From Hemiscyllium ocellatum (taxonomy: Eukaryota): DNA of 64,000 nucleotides. The position numbers and the translations under genes are program-made. The notes beneath the pieces were generated by a model. That model was not told the DNA's origin and ran no database searches. It worked only from the letters and a program-made list of their open reading frames with translations. Shown piece after piece: positions 62,111 through 64,000 of this stretch (its first letter is position 1; each line of letters begins with the position of its first letter). Location of the stretch: positions 12,647,259-12,711,258 of the forward strand of contig NC_083409.1 of NCBI RefSeq assembly GCF_020745735.1. Direction: 5' to 3'.

Positions 62111-62233
62111 ATCTTCATTTCTAATGAGGCTATGAAGTTGTTTGGATTCTACCAAGAGCAATATCAGAAGACAGACTGTCAGAAGATGAAGACATTTGAC
62201 AGGAGAAAACGTGATTGTATGGACCATATTTTG
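62111..62233 (+). pseudogene. CEP350: CEP350-like exon C (C-terminal conserved region)
   Basis: CAG|IFISNEAMKLFGFYQEQYQKTDCQKMKTFDRRKRDCMDHIL|GTAAGT; 41 codons, recalls human SFIASEVLKLF..KTDWQKMMKFGRKKRDRVDHIL. Confidence 0.88.
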
Positions 62234-62769
62234 GTAAGTGCTTCAGTTTAGCAACTGTTCAGTTTTATATTGTACCACTGCATCACGATTATGAACACTG
62301 CGTCCTACATCTGAATTTTCTGTTATTTCAAATGATAAAGGCTTTATCTTCAACTTTGTGGTTGAATTGAAAACTTGTCCTCACTGTAGTAATTCGCTGA
62401 AAATCAAGGCCTACTTTTTCTTAGTTGCCACAAAAGTTTTTTAAAAATTCAGAAGTACTTTGAATTCAGTGCAGTTGGCAAAGTAGTGTCATGTGTACTT
62501 CTTTAAATCCCAATGTTTGATTTCACTTTCTCTCGATGTTTCTTTGTCGTATGGTGAATTTGTGAAGAAGACCGAAGCTGAACTCAGTAAAGATCTTGAT
62601 GTTGCCAGCTCAACCTCCACCAAACCGCAGATTAAAACTCTGTACTCCACTGCTACTGAGAAGCTAAACTGCTGTCTCTGCAGAAGTACTTTCAGTAATG
62701 GATGTTAATTGTGTGACCTTATGAAGGGATGCCTCTTGTATTTCTCTTTTATACCCTAGTGGGACCCCT

Positions 62770-63640
62770 TTTGTCCATATTAGTTGGTGATTAAATGTTT
62801 CTTGAGTGAAGGAGAGCAGTACTTTTGCAGTGACTTTACAGCAGGGAAATGTGCCTTTTGGCCCAACAGACTCGTGCAGTTATTTAGTCTCCATGCGAGT
62901 CTACTCCCACTTTGTCTCCTCCCATCAGTGCGTCCTTCTGTATGTTTCTCCCAGAGGTACTTATCCAATTTCCCCTGAAACACATTCATGCTATTCAACT
63001 GAAGCATTCCAGGTACTAGCAAGTTCCATGTTGTCACCTTTCTCAGGGAAGAATGTTTTGTTTTGAATGTCTGATTTGATCCATTAATGTTAACTTCCTG
63101 TTCGGGTCAGCTACGCAAGTGAAAACATTTCTCCCTCCATGTAGTTCAAGCACCTTCATTTTTAAAGTTCTCTATCAAATCTAATTTTCAAAATTCTCTG
63201 TCCAATCACTAGCTTATACAGTTGATGGTCGGTTCCTGGGTGTGTTGCTGCACAAAGAGACCTCAGGATGCAGGTGTATAGTTCCTTGAAAGTGGAGTTG
63301 CAGGGAGAGAGTGTGGTGAAGAAGGCATTTGGCATGCTTGCCTTCATCGGTCAGAACATTGCCTGTAGTGGTTGAAGTGTTACGTTGCAGCTGTACAGGA
63401 CATTGGTGAGGCCTCGTCTAGAATACTGCATACAGTTCTGATCGCCTTTCTATAGGAAGGATGTTAAACTTGAGAGGTTGCAGAAAAGATTTACAAGGAT
63501 GTTGCCGGGGCTGAGTTACAGGGAGAGGCTGAATAGGCTGAAGCATTTTTCCCATCAAGCATTGGAGACTGAAGCGTGTTTGTAGAGGTTTATACAATGA
63601 AGAAAGGGCATGGATAGTGTAAATAGTCAAGATCTTTTTT
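62770..63640. mobile_element. CR1 3' fragments (62770-63150 on -, 63230-63640 on +)
   Basis: WNLL..FQGKLDKYL on -; LYRTLVRPRLEYC on +. Confidence 0.75.
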
Positions 63641-64000
63641 TTCTCTCATCGTCTGCATAGGGAGTGATTTGTGATCCTCAAATCCCACTGTCGGTGCCAT
63701 TGTTTCAGGGTCTTTTTGGACAGCCTCCGCCAGTGCTTCAAGTACAAAGGTAAACAGTAGCAGTAACAGAGGACATTCCTGTCAGCTGCTCATCCCCACA
63801 TGAAAATTGCTCGATTTAACCCCATTCTTTATATAACACTGCCAATCACCTGGTGAAGGCCCTTCCTAGACAAAAACAATCTAGAACAGCAAAGAGATTC
63901 GACCATTCTACCTGATCAAAAGCCTTTTCTGCCTCCAGGGAGACCACCAAACCCGGAATCATTCTTTGCTGACATAGTTGTACTGTGTTCAATACCTGCC

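Noticed and set aside
62493-62708. ORF after CEP350 exon C as the last CEP350 exon
   Set aside because: Does not resemble the expected VQELHEEE..W..YD terminal exon.

Overview
Eukaryotic, repeat-dense DNA from a shark. HE1-type SINEs, shark CR1/Penelope families and an NS4-like Ig light chain point to an elasmobranch, probably a carpet shark (inference). The only intact gene is an immunoglobulin kappa-type light-chain cluster on +: leader 7158-7206, V-J exon 7393-7716 and C exon 19312-19640. V and J are already fused in frame with no RSS between them, i.e. apparently germline-joined. Downstream lies a rearranged zone: a ~3 kb inverted duplication (25.1-28.2 kb vs 33.4-35.9 kb) encloses an inverted, truncated second kappa C exon and head-to-head retroviral RT and protease relics. 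Further right are a CpG-island promoter with four NRF1-type repeats, a class I endogenous retrovirus on - (50299-58716; gag-pol-env, protease and RT core deleted, unequal LTRs, tRNA-Ser-like PBS) and an intron-containing CEP350 pseudogene abutting its 5' LTR. The rest is CR1 and other LINEs, SINEs and Penelope-like elements. The Penelope repeats carry minimal hammerhead ribozyme cores, and several occur as ~200 bp fold-back insertions with 11-14 bp target-site duplications. All protein-family assignments are from motif recognition by eye; no database search was run. Repeat boundaries are approximate unless a TSD or terminal motif is quoted.
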